The notes: generated from the sequence alone by a model not told the origin. Numbered from the stretch's first letter, positions 27,939 to 38,257 are shown. The stretch is 64,000 nucleotides of DNA from an uncultured Clostridia bacterium (GCA_944391745.1 CALXUS010000004.1:21231-85230), one strand, 5' to 3'. Translations and numbers: made by a program.

Positions 27939-28137
27939 CTTACATTCTCCTTTCTATAAGAAATTGTTTTCGAACTGTAAAAAATTCACCTTCTTTCATG
28001 ATATTATTCTAATATAGCTTAAAGCTTTATGTTACACATTATATATCATTATTGTTTTTATGTCAATTCATTAGTAATTCGCTATTGAATTATTTTTTAA
28101 AAATGTTATAATTATAGTATTTAAGGAGATGTATAAT

Positions 28138-28560
28138 ATGAATAAAAATGATATTTTAAAATTATTAGAGAAACTAAATTTTCCAAAAGATGAATTTTAT
28201 GTTTTATCTGGTGCATCATTAGTACTTCGTGGGATACGAGAAAATTGTTCTGATTTAGATTTATGTGTTTCTAAGGAATTATTTGATAAGATTAAAGGCA
28301 AGTATGAATTAACTGATGATAAGAAAAATGAATGTGGCTTTTATCATATTAGTGATATTTTAGAAATTGTTGTAAATGAAAAATCTGATTTTAATATGGA
28401 AAAAGGTTCTAAATATAATTTAGAAGATTTGAATACGATACTACAATTTAAGATTAAACGAAATAAACCTAAAGACCAGGTTGATATAGAAAATATAAAA
28501 AAGTATTTATCTGATAATTTGAATTCTAAGAATTCTAAAGAAGATGAGAGAATTATATAA
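28138..28560 (+). CDS. Hypothetical protein, possible nucleotidyltransferase fold
   Basis: LSGASLVLRGI...CSDLDLCV resembles GS...DxD. ATG at 28138 is better spaced from AAGGAG than the track start at 28129. Confidence 0.55.
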   Translation: MNKNDILKLLEKLNFPKDEFYVLSGASLVLRGIRENCSDLDLCVSKELFDKIKGKYELTDDKKNECGFYHISDILEIVVNEKSDFNMEKGSKYNLEDLNTILQFKIKRNKPKDQVDIENIKKYLSDNLNSKNSKEDERII

Positions 28561-28586
28561 AAAAGACGGATTTCTCCGTCTTTTTT
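28561..28586. terminator. Bidirectional terminator
   Basis: AAAA-GACGGA-TTTC-TCCGTC-TTTTTT between convergent genes. Confidence 0.75.
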
Positions 28587-30423
28587 ATTCTTCTTCCTCA
28601 TCAAATTGTGAGTTATATAGTCTTGCATAAGCTCCATTTTTTGCTAAGAGCTCATCATGAGTTCCTTGCTCTACAATATCTCCATGCTCCATAACCAATA
28701 TTAGGTCGGCATTTTTTATTGTAGATAATCTATGAGCAATTATGAAACTTGTTCTGCCCTTCATTAAATTATCCATCGCTGATTGAATTTGTATTTCTGT
28801 TCTTGTATCTATACTTGATGTAGCTTCATCTAGTATTAAAATCTTTGGATTTGTTAATATAACACGAGCTATTGTTAGAAGTTGTTTTTGACCAGCAGAT
28901 ATATTTGAAGTTTCTTCATTTAATACCATATCATAAGAATTTGGTAATGTTTTTATAAAATGATGTACGTGTGCAGCTTTTGCTGCTTCAATTACTTCTG
29001 TATCAGTTGCATCTGGTTTTCCATAGCGTATATTATCTTTTATTGTTCCGCTAAATAGCCATGTATCTTGAAGTACCATTCCAAACATTTTTCTTAAATC
29101 ACCACGGTTGAAATCTTTTATATTGATTCCATCAACGTATATTCCTCCAGAATTTACGTCATAGAATCTCATTAAAAGTTTAACCATTGTTGTTTTTCCA
29201 GCTCCGGTTGGTCCAACAATTGCAATTTTTTGTCCATCATGAACATTTGCATTAAAGTCATGAATTATTATATTATCATCATCATATCCAAATTCTACAT
29301 GATCAAATTTAACATTACCTTTAAGTCCTTTAGTTGATTTTGGATTTGCAATTTCTTGTACTTCTTCTTTTTCCTCTAAAAATTCGAATACTCTTTCTGC
29401 TGCTGCAACCATTGTTTGAAGCATTCCAGATATTTGAGCAATTTGAGATATAGGTTGTGTAAATTGTCTCATGTACTGTATAAATGATTGAATATTACCA
29501 ACTGTAATTTGCCCCTGTGCTGCTAAATATCCACCAAGTATCGCTACCCCTACATAAGCAATATTGCCTATGAAGTTCATTATTGGATGCATTAAACCTG
29601 ATAAAAATTGAGATTTCCATCCTGAACGATATAAATTATTATTTTCTTCATCAAATGCTTTAGATACTTTTTCTTCTGCATTAAATGCTTTTACAATCAA
29701 ATGTCCACCATATATTTCTTCTACTTGACCATCTAAGTATCCTAAGTGGTCTTGTTGCGCTTTAAAGTATTTTTGTGATTTTTTTGCAATAATACTTACA
29801 ACTATAATTGTTAATGGAAGTATTAAGATTGCTAGTATTGTCATCCCCCAGCTAATTGATAACATCATAATAAGTATACCCACTACTGTGCATATAGCAG
29901 TAATTATTTGAGTTATACTTTGATTTAGGTTTTGTGAAAGCATATCGACATCATTTGAAATTACTGATAAGATTTCTCCATTTGTCTTTTTATCAAAAAA
30001 TCTCATTGGTAGTTTATTTATTTTAGCTACTAAGTCATTACGCACTTTATAGCTGACTTTTTGTGCAACATTTGTCATTACAAATCCTTGTATTGCTGAA
30101 AAAGCCATACTTACAGCATATAATACTAAAAGTGTTATTAGTATGTTGGCAATTGCTTCAAAGTTTATTCCGCTTCCACCTGATAATTTACTAATTAATC
30201 CATTATATATTTCAGTAGTAGCATTACCTAATATTTTAGGTCCAACTATTGAAAATATTGTACTTCCAATAGCAAATATTAATACAATTATTATTTGCCA
30301 TTTATATGGAGCTAAATAATTTTTTATTAATTTTTTTACAGTCCCTTTAAAATCTTTTGCTTTTTCTGGAGCTTTTCCGCCTCCTCTTCTCATTCCACCC
30401 ATTGGTCCTGGCATGCTACTCAC
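28585..30423 (-). CDS. ABC exporter permease/ATPase half-transporter (heterodimeric multidrug-type)
   Basis: Six-TM domain, Walker A GPTGAGKTT, signature ISAGQKQ, Walker B ILILDEATSSID. Confidence 0.92.
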   Translation of the reverse strand: MSSMPGPMGGMRRGGGKAPEKAKDFKGTVKKLIKNYLAPYKWQIIIVLIFAIGSTIFSIVGPKILGNATTEIYNGLISKLSGGSGINFEAIANILITLLVLYAVSMAFSAIQGFVMTNVAQKVSYKVRNDLVAKINKLPMRFFDKKTNGEILSVISNDVDMLSQNLNQSITQIITAICTVVGILIMMLSISWGMTILAILILPLTIIVVSIIAKKSQKYFKAQQDHLGYLDGQVEEIYGGHLIVKAFNAEEKVSKAFDEENNNLYRSGWKSQFLSGLMHPIMNFIGNIAYVGVAILGGYLAAQGQITVGNIQSFIQYMRQFTQPISQIAQISGMLQTMVAAAERVFEFLEEKEEVQEIANPKSTKGLKGNVKFDHVEFGYDDDNIIIHDFNANVHDGQKIAIVGPTGAGKTTMVKLLMRFYDVNSGGIYVDGINIKDFNRGDLRKMFGMVLQDTWLFSGTIKDNIRYGKPDATDTEVIEAAKAAHVHHFIKTLPNSYDMVLNEETSNISAGQKQLLTIARVILTNPKILILDEATSSIDTRTEIQIQSAMDNLMKGRTSFIIAHRLSTIKNADLILVMEHGDIVEQGTHDELLAKNGAYARLYNSQFDEEEE

Positions 30424-32752
30424 CTACCTTTCCTTGTTGATTTTTTGAGCTTTGCTCTTTTGAATCGTCCTTTTTATTTGTATCAAGAGATTCATCTTTC
30501 TTTTTTGATTCTTCTATATTTAATTCTTCTGCAGAAAGTTGTGATAAGGCTATTTGTCTATATGTTTCACAATTCTTTAATAGCTCTTCATGAGTACCTT
30601 TTCCTACTATTTTTCCTTCTTCAAGGACTATTATTTGATCAGCATTCATTATTGTACTAATTCTTTGAGCTACTATTATTACAGTTTTATTTTCTGTTTG
30701 CTCATTCAATGCTTCTCTTAATGCTTTATCAGTTTTTAAGTCTAATGCTGAAAAACTATCATCAAATACATATATCTCAGGATCTATTGCTAAAGCTCTA
30801 GCTATTGATAAACGTTGTTTTTGTCCACCTGATACGTTGTTTCCTCCTTGTGCTATTGGTGAATTATACTTTTCTTCTTTCTTTTCAATAAATTCTGTTG
30901 CCTGTGCAATAGATGCTACTTTCTTCATTTCTTCATCTGAAATGTTATCTTTACCATATTTAATATTTGACTCTATTGTTCCTGAGAATAATACTCCTTT
31001 TTGAGGAACAAATCCAATTTTGCTTCTTAATTCTTTTTGAGATACATTTTTAATATTTACACCATCTATTAGTAATTCTCCACCTGTTACATCATAAAAT
31101 CTAGGTATTAAATTTACTAATGTTGATTTTCCGCTGCCTGTACTTCCTATAATTGCAGTTGTTTTTCCTGATTCTGCTGTAAAGTCTATATCTTCAAGTA
31201 TCTCTGCATCAGCATCTGGATACCTAAATGAAACATTTTTAAATTCAACTAATCCTTTTTTACTTTCATCAAATTTAGATTGCTCATTTTCTGGTTTATC
31301 CTTTATTTGAGGCTCTGTATCTAATACTTCGTTTATACGATTAGCTGAAACAGATGCTCTTGGAAGCATTATAGATATTATTGAAATCATTAAGAATGAC
31401 ATTACTATTTGCATTGTGTATTGTAAGAATGCCATCATATCTCCAACTTGTATTATTCCTTGATCTACACTATGTCCACCAACCCAAATTATTAATATCA
31501 TTACGCCTTGCATTGTGAACATCATAGCAGGCATCATTAAGCTCATTGCTTTATTAACAAATATACTGTTTTTCATTAAATCAGTATTTGCTTTGTCAAA
31601 ACGTTTTTCTTCTCTCTTTTGAGTATTAAAAGCTCTGATAACCGGTATACCTGTTAAAATTTCTCTAGATACCAAGTTTAATCTATCAATTAAATCTTGC
31701 ATTTTTCTAAATTTAGGCATAGCAACTATGAATAATACTAAAACTATTGCTATTACTAAAATTACCGCAAGAGCAATAACCCATGCCATAGAAAGAGTTC
31801 CTGTTCTAATAACTCTTAAAACTCCTCCTATTCCCATTATAGGAGCATAAACAACAACTCTAAATAGCATTGTTATTAATTGTTGAATTTGCTGTACATC
31901 GTTTGTACTTCTTGTTATTAAAGATGCTGTTGAAAATTTATTAAATTCAGCGGTTGAGAAACTTAATACTTTTTTAAATAATTTTTCTCTTAATGTTTTT
32001 CCTAGTTTAGCCGCTACTCTTGATGACAAGAACATTATTGTTACTGCTGAAAGCATACTTATTAATGCTACTCCTGCCATTTGTAAACCAACTTTTAAAA
32101 TATACTTGTTTTGTAAACTATCTAAATCCATTCCAATAGAGCTATATTCATTTTTTACTGCTTGTATAGCTGCTTGCTCAATTATTGAATCAGACATTGA
32201 ACTTAAAGTAGAATTTACTTGTTCAAGTAGCGCACTTCTTTGTTCATCAGGCATTTGTTTAATCAAATCAATTATACTTGTTTGTTCAATAAATTTGTAT
32301 TGTTCATTTTCTTCAGGTATATTTGCTAGCATATTTTGTTTAATAGAATTTGATGTGTCCTCATTTTGTAATTGATAAATTACTGCTAATGGTTTTGCTA
32401 TTATGTTTTCTAAGTTTTCTTTTTCATCTTTAGATATATTTTTTAATTCATATATATCTTGATTTTGTAATTCAGGATATTCTTCTAAGTTATCCTCTGT
32501 TTTTTCCATTAATTCGTAATTACTTTGTATTTTCTCATCTTCATCTGTAAAAATCATTAAGTTTTCTAAGTCATTTGACGTAATTACATCTGGTACAGCA
32601 TATTCTATTCCACCCTGTTGGATTCCTGTATTTACAATTCTTGACGTAAAATCAGGTAAATTTAAATCACATGCTGCTTGAATACATAGTAAAATAAATA
32701 TTGCAATTACAATTAATGCTGATTCCTTTAGGTTTTTTAATACTTTTAGCAT
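30416..32752 (-). CDS. ABC exporter permease/ATPase half-transporter with a long insertion between TM1 and TM2
   Basis: GSTGSGKST, VSGGQKQRLSIARAL, IYVFDDSFSALD. About 190 acidic residues lie between the first two TM segments. Confidence 0.9.
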   Translation of the reverse strand: MLKVLKNLKESALIVIAIFILLCIQAACDLNLPDFTSRIVNTGIQQGGIEYAVPDVITSNDLENLMIFTDEDEKIQSNYELMEKTEDNLEEYPELQNQDIYELKNISKDEKENLENIIAKPLAVIYQLQNEDTSNSIKQNMLANIPEENEQYKFIEQTSIIDLIKQMPDEQRSALLEQVNSTLSSMSDSIIEQAAIQAVKNEYSSIGMDLDSLQNKYILKVGLQMAGVALISMLSAVTIMFLSSRVAAKLGKTLREKLFKKVLSFSTAEFNKFSTASLITRSTNDVQQIQQLITMLFRVVVYAPIMGIGGVLRVIRTGTLSMAWVIALAVILVIAIVLVLFIVAMPKFRKMQDLIDRLNLVSREILTGIPVIRAFNTQKREEKRFDKANTDLMKNSIFVNKAMSLMMPAMMFTMQGVMILIIWVGGHSVDQGIIQVGDMMAFLQYTMQIVMSFLMISIISIMLPRASVSANRINEVLDTEPQIKDKPENEQSKFDESKKGLVEFKNVSFRYPDADAEILEDIDFTAESGKTTAIIGSTGSGKSTLVNLIPRFYDVTGGELLIDGVNIKNVSQKELRSKIGFVPQKGVLFSGTIESNIKYGKDNISDEEMKKVASIAQATEFIEKKEEKYNSPIAQGGNNVSGGQKQRLSIARALAIDPEIYVFDDSFSALDLKTDKALREALNEQTENKTVIIVAQRISTIMNADQIIVLEEGKIVGKGTHEELLKNCETYRQIALSQLSAEELNIEESKKKDESLDTNKKDDSKEQSSKNQQGKVGE

Positions 32753-32831
32753 AATATTTTCATAATTTATTGGCTAATAGTCTTTATTTTTTTAATATTA
32801 TAGCCAAATATTATGTGCCTCCTTTCATTGT

Positions 32832-33425
32832 TTAATTTTTTAATATTCCATATTTAACGTAATTAATTTGTTTTATGTACTTGTCTCTCATACCTTCTAT
32901 GTTATTTGATGTTACTGTTTGAATTATTGCCCATCTTGTTATTGCATTTAACATTTCTATTAATACAGGTAAATCTTCTTTATTTTTGAAATTTGTTGTA
33001 TCAGTATTTTCTTGTAAAGAAGTATATATTTCTTCTTCAGCTTTTCCTAAAACTATATTGTCATTTGCTCTTAAATTTGCTAGCACAGTTTTATAAAATT
33101 TTTTGTCTTTGTTATCTTTGCATTTTTTTATTATTTTATCATAAAAGAAAATAAATGTTTCAAATATATCTCCATTTTCTTTTATTTTTTCTTCTACCTT
33201 TTCTTTGACTTTTTCATTTGCTTTACTAAGCATAAATCCAAATAAGTCTTGCTTATTTTCAAAGTATTGGTAGAAACTTCCTCTTGCAATATTAGCTTCT
33301 GTAATAATATTATTTATTGAAGCTTCAGTTACTGATACTCTAGAAAATTCATTCTTTGCAGCTTCTAATATTTTTTGCTTTTTACTTTCTGGAAGATTCA
33401 GAAATGTTTGCTTTGGCATTTTCAC
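32832..33425 (-). CDS. TetR/AcrR family transcriptional regulator
   Basis: N-terminal HTH (ILEAAKNEFSRVSVTEASINNIITEANIARGSFYQYFENKQDLF). It is the first gene of the ABC operon. Confidence 0.9.
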   Translation of the reverse strand: MKMPKQTFLNLPESKKQKILEAAKNEFSRVSVTEASINNIITEANIARGSFYQYFENKQDLFGFMLSKANEKVKEKVEEKIKENGDIFETFIFFYDKIIKKCKDNKDKKFYKTVLANLRANDNIVLGKAEEEIYTSLQENTDTTNFKNKEDLPVLIEMLNAITRWAIIQTVTSNNIEGMRDKYIKQINYVKYGILKN

Positions 33426-33468
33426 ACCTCCTCATCAAATAATTATTTTTACATAGTGATAAGCAATA

Positions 33469-33512
33469 TGACACTGTGTCATTTATTATATAAAATATAT
33501 TCTACTGTGTCA
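33469..33512. promoter_or_regulatory. Candidate TetR operator: palindrome TGACAC-T-GTGTCA plus a second ACTGTGTCA half-repeat
   Basis: TGACACTGTGTCA at 33469-33481, with ACTGTGTCA repeated at 33504-33512. Both lie in the divergent intergenic region upstream of the TetR gene. Confidence 0.5.
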
Positions 33513-33643
33513 ATTGATTTATGTGAAATTTGTGTGAAATTATTTACATATAATCTATATTATTTATAAGTATTGATTTATTCTTTTATTATGATATAAT
33601 CGAAATCAATTAAATGAACTTAAAACATAGAAAGGGTTTAAAT

Positions 33644-34561
33644 ATGAATAATTTAGTTAGTGTAATCGTAAGTATTTATAATAATGAAAAAAACCTAAGG
33701 GATTGTATTATTTCTATAATAAGTCAAACTTATAGAGATTTAGAAATTATTTTAATTGATGATGGATCTACAGATGGATCAGGGAAAATATGTGATGACT
33801 TAGTTTTAACTAGTTCAAAAATGAAAATTGTTCATAGAATGCACTCTGGTATTGGTGATAGCCGAAATATAGGACTAGATATGGCTACGGGTAAATATGT
33901 TACTTTTGTAAATGGTTCTGATATAATAAAAAATGACATGATTGAAAATCTATATAAAATGATGTCAAACTATCCTATCGATATGGCAATGTGCTCTTGT
34001 TACGACAACAATTCAAATATCAATAATTCTAATACAGTTATTACTCTTTCTCCTGAAGATGCCATAAGACAACTACTTATAGGGAAAAGCATTGGTAATA
34101 CTGTTTGTGGAAAGTTATTTAAAAAAGAGCTTTTTAATTCAGTTAAATTTTCAAATGATAATGCCGATATTGTTGTTAAATTAATAGAATTAAGTAAAAA
34201 AATTGGTTTTGTAAATGTTTCTGCTTATGAATGCAATGATATTGAAACTTATTCAAGTAGTTCTTTAATTAATAGAGACATTCGAACTATGAAACTTTAT
34301 CCTAACCTTGAAATTTATTGTCAATATGATATTATTAAAAATTTACAAAACGAATTTTATAATTCTTTTTGTAATAATATTCCATTAATTAATGCAGATA
34401 ATATGTATAAAATGTTTATGCAAATTGTAAAAGATAAAGAAGAAAAATTATCTCCCTTTTTAAATTATAATCGTAAAGCTCATTTATATTTGTTAGCTGA
34501 TGATTATTCAACTTATAAAAGGATATGCCCTGTATTACCTGAATTAAATTTCAATGATTAA
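33644..34561 (+). CDS. Glycosyltransferase family 2
   Basis: VSVIVSIYNNEKNLRDCIISIISQTYRDLEIILIDDGSTDGS is a classic GT2 N-terminus. ATG at 33644 follows AGAAAGGG. Confidence 0.88.
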   Translation: MNNLVSVIVSIYNNEKNLRDCIISIISQTYRDLEIILIDDGSTDGSGKICDDLVLTSSKMKIVHRMHSGIGDSRNIGLDMATGKYVTFVNGSDIIKNDMIENLYKMMSNYPIDMAMCSCYDNNSNINNSNTVITLSPEDAIRQLLIGKSIGNTVCGKLFKKELFNSVKFSNDNADIVVKLIELSKKIGFVNVSAYECNDIETYSSSSLINRDIRTMKLYPNLEIYCQYDIIKNLQNEFYNSFCNNIPLINADNMYKMFMQIVKDKEEKLSPFLNYNRKAHLYLLADDYSTYKRICPVLPELNFND

Positions 34562-34609
34562 TTGTATTCAAAGAGGCCCAGTTTTTTAAGTTCTGGGTCC
34601 CTTATTATT

Positions 34610-36277
34610 TTACTTTTTCTTATAATATATAATGTATTCCGTTTTCTTTGGATCTACTACAATATCATATTCTTGATTTATTTTTTCTTTATTGTTTTCT
34701 ATTGTCTTTTCTGTATTAACTTTTTCATAATCTTCATCTAGAATTTCATCAATTATATTTACTTTTTCTAAATTTTTATCATAAGATTTATTATTTTTTT
34801 CATCTTTTTTTCTATTGTTTTCTTTTTCAGTTTCAAAAGATTCGTCGTCTTCTTTTAAGGATATATTTTTTTCTTTGTTTTCCTCAATATTTTCATTAAA
34901 CGGAATATAGCCTTCAATATTTTTAGGTTTAATTTTAACTTTATCGCCTTCTAATACTTTAATATTTTCTTCTTCTATTATACTATTTGTATCTATATCA
35001 ATATGCCTTATTCCAATTTGCACAACTTTTTTGTAATAATATTGTATATTTTCATTTTCAGATTTAGTTATTCCTTCTTCATCACCTTCAACTTTTGTTA
35101 ATATATAACCTTTAAAGTCTTTTTTAGTTGAATTATAATTTTCTCCATATATAAAGTTTTGAATATAATCGGGTATTATTTTTTCTCCAGTATTCTCATC
35201 TATATAAGAAGTGATTACTTTACCAAGTTTATTATAGTATAAAGTTATTTCTTGATTTCCTGCTTTCATGACATCTACTACCTTTCCACTTTCATATTTA
35301 TATCCATTAATTGATTTTGGATTAGCAGTAAATTTCTTTCCTTCATATCCTTCAATTATTTGCTTATTACTTATCTCTTTTCCAGATAATTTGTCTATAT
35401 ATTTTATTGTAACAGTAGATTCTTTTGCATATTTAAATTTTATATTAATTCTTTCTTTTTTTAATTTTCCCGATGTTTCTCCATCTACATTTATTAATTT
35501 ATATCCACTTATATTTTTAGATAAATCACTAACATTGTATTCATCATTTACATTACCTTTTATTGTTTCTTCTGGTGAAATTGGTTTATTTGAAATCCAA
35601 TCAATATACTGCATTTTAATTCCATTTGATGGTAAATCAATTTTATAAGTTAAATTTTCAGAGGAATTTCCGCTATTGTCAATAGATTTTATGTGGATAT
35701 AGTAATCTTTATCCCATTGAATACCTGAAAAAAGTATAGGCTCGTTATCTTTTTTATTAATATTTTCATCAACTATTGTATTTTCAGAATTATCGATTAC
35801 ATAATTATATCCTGCTATACCTGAATTACTGGTTGCAATTCTATGATTATATTCTTTGTTCCCATTTTTATCACTTGATTCAACAATATATTCATAATTG
35901 GTAGCATTATCTTTAGCTGGTGTAAAGCTTATAATTATATAATCATCTGCTATAGTTGGTTTAATATTTGTGACATTTTCTGGATTTGTAATATCTTTTG
36001 TATCTAAAGTATAAGTATTAGTTTTTTTTATTAAATTATTTTTTTCTTCTTTAGCCTGTACTTCTTTAAATTCTTTTTCATCTTCTGTTTTTTCATAAAC
36101 TTTTATTTCACTTTTTTCTAAAGGTGCTGTCTCTATATTGATGTTAGTTCCTCCTGCCTCTACTCTTCTTTCAGTTATAGATATTTCATTTTTACTCATT
36201 TGTGTATAAATTACTACTATTGTGCATGACAATAGTACTAAGCATAGTATAATCTTTAGTTTACTTTTAATTTGCAT
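34610..36277 (-). CDS. Secreted/surface protein with repeated MucBP-like domains
   Basis: Signal/TM MQIKSKLKIILCLVLLSC. Repeats have the form ...IKYID...GKEI...GYEGKKFTANPKSINGYKY. The start at 36277 follows AAGGAGG. Confidence 0.7.
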   Translation of the reverse strand: MQIKSKLKIILCLVLLSCTIVVIYTQMSKNEISITERRVEAGGTNINIETAPLEKSEIKVYEKTEDEKEFKEVQAKEEKNNLIKKTNTYTLDTKDITNPENVTNIKPTIADDYIIISFTPAKDNATNYEYIVESSDKNGNKEYNHRIATSNSGIAGYNYVIDNSENTIVDENINKKDNEPILFSGIQWDKDYYIHIKSIDNSGNSSENLTYKIDLPSNGIKMQYIDWISNKPISPEETIKGNVNDEYNVSDLSKNISGYKLINVDGETSGKLKKERINIKFKYAKESTVTIKYIDKLSGKEISNKQIIEGYEGKKFTANPKSINGYKYESGKVVDVMKAGNQEITLYYNKLGKVITSYIDENTGEKIIPDYIQNFIYGENYNSTKKDFKGYILTKVEGDEEGITKSENENIQYYYKKVVQIGIRHIDIDTNSIIEEENIKVLEGDKVKIKPKNIEGYIPFNENIEENKEKNISLKEDDESFETEKENNRKKDEKNNKSYDKNLEKVNIIDEILDEDYEKVNTEKTIENNKEKINQEYDIVVDPKKTEYIIYYKKK

Positions 36278-36430
36278 AAAAAGCACCTCCTTTATTAAAA
36301 TAAATTTGTGGAAGATACAATAATCAGATTGATTATTGATAAATAGAAGAAATTGTAAAATCAAATTATAATCATATTATAATTGGTATTTTATGGTATG
36401 TCAAGAATAATCGTTCGACAAAATTTGACA

Positions 36431-36466
36431 CAAAAAAAGATACAGTAAAGTTGTTTACTGTATCTT
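36431..36466 (-). terminator. Rho-independent terminator of ppaC
   Basis: AAGATACAGTAAA-GTTG-TTTACTGTATCTT followed by T7 on the minus strand. Confidence 0.8.
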
Positions 36467-36474
36467 TCATTTTA

Positions 36475-37404
36475 TTAATCTATTACATCTAATAATGGTG
36501 GAGCTATTTGTTTTTTTCTTGAAACAACTCCATTTAACATCATTGAATCAAATTCATCAAGTTTATTATTAAAAGCTTTCTCAACTAGTGCTTTTTCATT
36601 TCCTAAGGCAATTATCTTAGAGTTTGTGTTAATTATATCAGTTATAACAAATATAAATAAATCTACTTTCTTATCAGATATTTCTTTTTCAATTGCGAAT
36701 TCTAATTCTTCTCTTCTTGAAAATACATCATCAATATCTGCAGTATTTACTTGTGAAATTATAATTTTCTTTCCATTTTTTTCGAATTCTTTAGCATCTA
36801 AATTAATTACTTCTTGGCTTGAATATGTACTTAAGTCTGTACCTGCTTTAAGCATTTCTAATCCATATTCATCAGCTTTTAATCCTGTAATTTTCTCTAA
36901 TTCATGTATTGCCTTTACATCATTTTCTGTACATGTAGGAGATTTCATTAATAAAGTATCTGATATAATAGCGCTTAGCATTAATGTACCATAAACTTTA
37001 TCTATTTCTAATCCTGCTTTTTTATATTCTTCAAATAATATAGTTGATGTACATCCATAAGGTTTTGCTAAATAATACAATGGTTCAGTTGTTTCAAAAT
37101 CAGCTATTCTATGATGATCAATTACTGCCATTATCTTTGCTTTATCTCTACCCTCAACACTTTGAGCTTTTTCATTATGATCTACTAAAATTAATTTTTG
37201 TCCTTCATCAACTTTTTCTATTAATTCAGGTTCTTCTATATTTAAATGTTTAAATACGTATTCAGTTTCTTTATTAATATTTCCTAATCTAGCTGGCTTT
37301 GCATTTACTCCATAATGTTCTGCTAATTTAGCCATTACTATGCATGAGCAAATAGAATCTGTATCAGGATTTTTATGACCTATTACTAAAACTTGACTTT
37401 CCAT
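36475..37404 (-). CDS. ppaC: Manganese-dependent inorganic pyrophosphatase (family II, DHH)
   Basis: VIGHKNPDTDSICS, VDHNE, IDHHRI, DHHA2-like C-terminus. It is 309 aa. Confidence 0.92.
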   Translation of the reverse strand: MESQVLVIGHKNPDTDSICSCIVMAKLAEHYGVNAKPARLGNINKETEYVFKHLNIEEPELIEKVDEGQKLILVDHNEKAQSVEGRDKAKIMAVIDHHRIADFETTEPLYYLAKPYGCTSTILFEEYKKAGLEIDKVYGTLMLSAIISDTLLMKSPTCTENDVKAIHELEKITGLKADEYGLEMLKAGTDLSTYSSQEVINLDAKEFEKNGKKIIISQVNTADIDDVFSRREELEFAIEKEISDKKVDLFIFVITDIINTNSKIIALGNEKALVEKAFNNKLDEFDSMMLNGVVSRKKQIAPPLLDVID

Positions 37405-37490
37405 TTTTTATTACTTTCCTTTCTTTGTAATTATTAAAATCTTTATGCAACTATTATATAATTATTAGTTTAAAAATGTCAAGACGCTTT

Positions 37491-37565
37491 GGCTGCTTTT
37501 GGGGACACCTTCCGAAAACAGCTTTTTGATTTAGCTGTTTTCGGAAGGTGTCCCCAAAAGCAGCC
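37491..37565. repeat. Two copies (4 and 5) of the 31-nt palindromic element in inverted orientation, forming a 32-bp perfect hairpin
   Basis: GGCTGCTTTTGGGGACACCTTCCGAAAACAGC-TTTTTGATTTA-GCTGTTTTCGGAAGGTGTCCCCAAAAGCAGCC. Confidence 0.85.
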
Positions 37566-37574
37566 CCAAAAGCT

Positions 37575-38195
37575 TTATCTAATAAAATTGGTTTTAATAG
37601 GCTTTTCATTTTCTGGATATTTTAGTCCTTCTTTTTTTGCTATATCTATACATTTTAATAGCCAAGCCATATTATTGGCTAAAGTTCTCATTATTTGCAT
37701 ACCCTCTTCATCTTTTCTTACTTCTTCAGGCGTGTTTCCGTGAACTTGGTTCCAATATTGAGATGAAACTATTGGCATATTACTTATAGAGAAATATTTA
37801 TTAATTTGATCAAAAGTAGCTGTTGCTCCTCCTCTTCTGCAGCTCACAACTCCACAAGCGGGCTTGTTTTTGAATAATTCTCCTCTACCATAAAATACTC
37901 TATCCATAAAAGAAGTTAAACTTCCAGACATTGATGCAAAATGTACTGGTGTTCCAAATACAAACCCATCACATTCTTTTGCTTTTTCTAAAAACTCATT
38001 TACTATGTCATTTCTAAAACATTTTCCTGTTTTTAAACATGCATTGCATCCTATACATCCAGCTATTGGATTTACTCCTAACCACATTATTTCTGTTTCT
38101 ATACCATTATTTTCTAAGGTTTTTGCTACTTCTTCTAGTGCAGTATAAGTACAACCCTTTTCGTGTGGTCCACCATTTACTAATAATACTTTCAT
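37575..38195 (-). CDS. Flavodoxin-family / iron-sulfur flavoprotein-like NADPH-dependent FMN reductase
   Basis: MKVLLVNGGPHEKGCTY, Cys cluster CIGCNACLKTGKC, and GTPVHFASMSG. Confidence 0.85.
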   Translation of the reverse strand: MKVLLVNGGPHEKGCTYTALEEVAKTLENNGIETEIMWLGVNPIAGCIGCNACLKTGKCFRNDIVNEFLEKAKECDGFVFGTPVHFASMSGSLTSFMDRVFYGRGELFKNKPACGVVSCRRGGATATFDQINKYFSISNMPIVSSQYWNQVHGNTPEEVRKDEEGMQIMRTLANNMAWLLKCIDIAKKEGLKYPENEKPIKTNFIR

Positions 38196-38220
38196 ATATT
38201 ACCTCCTATATTATTTTAAA

Positions 38221-38257
38221 CAAGTATGTAAATTACTATAAAGTAATTACATACTTG
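38221..38257. promoter_or_regulatory. 16-bp inverted repeat (one bulge) just upstream of the flavoprotein RBS; operator or attenuator candidate
   Basis: CAAGTATGTAAATTACT-ATAA-AGTAATTACATACTTG. Confidence 0.4.

Noticed and set aside
28344-28637. Track ORF 28344..28637 (-)
   Set aside because: It runs antisense through the 28138..28560 gene and across the bidirectional terminator.
37489-37743. Track ORF 37489..37743 (+)
   Set aside because: It starts inside the inverted repeat pair and runs antisense to the well-supported flavoprotein gene.
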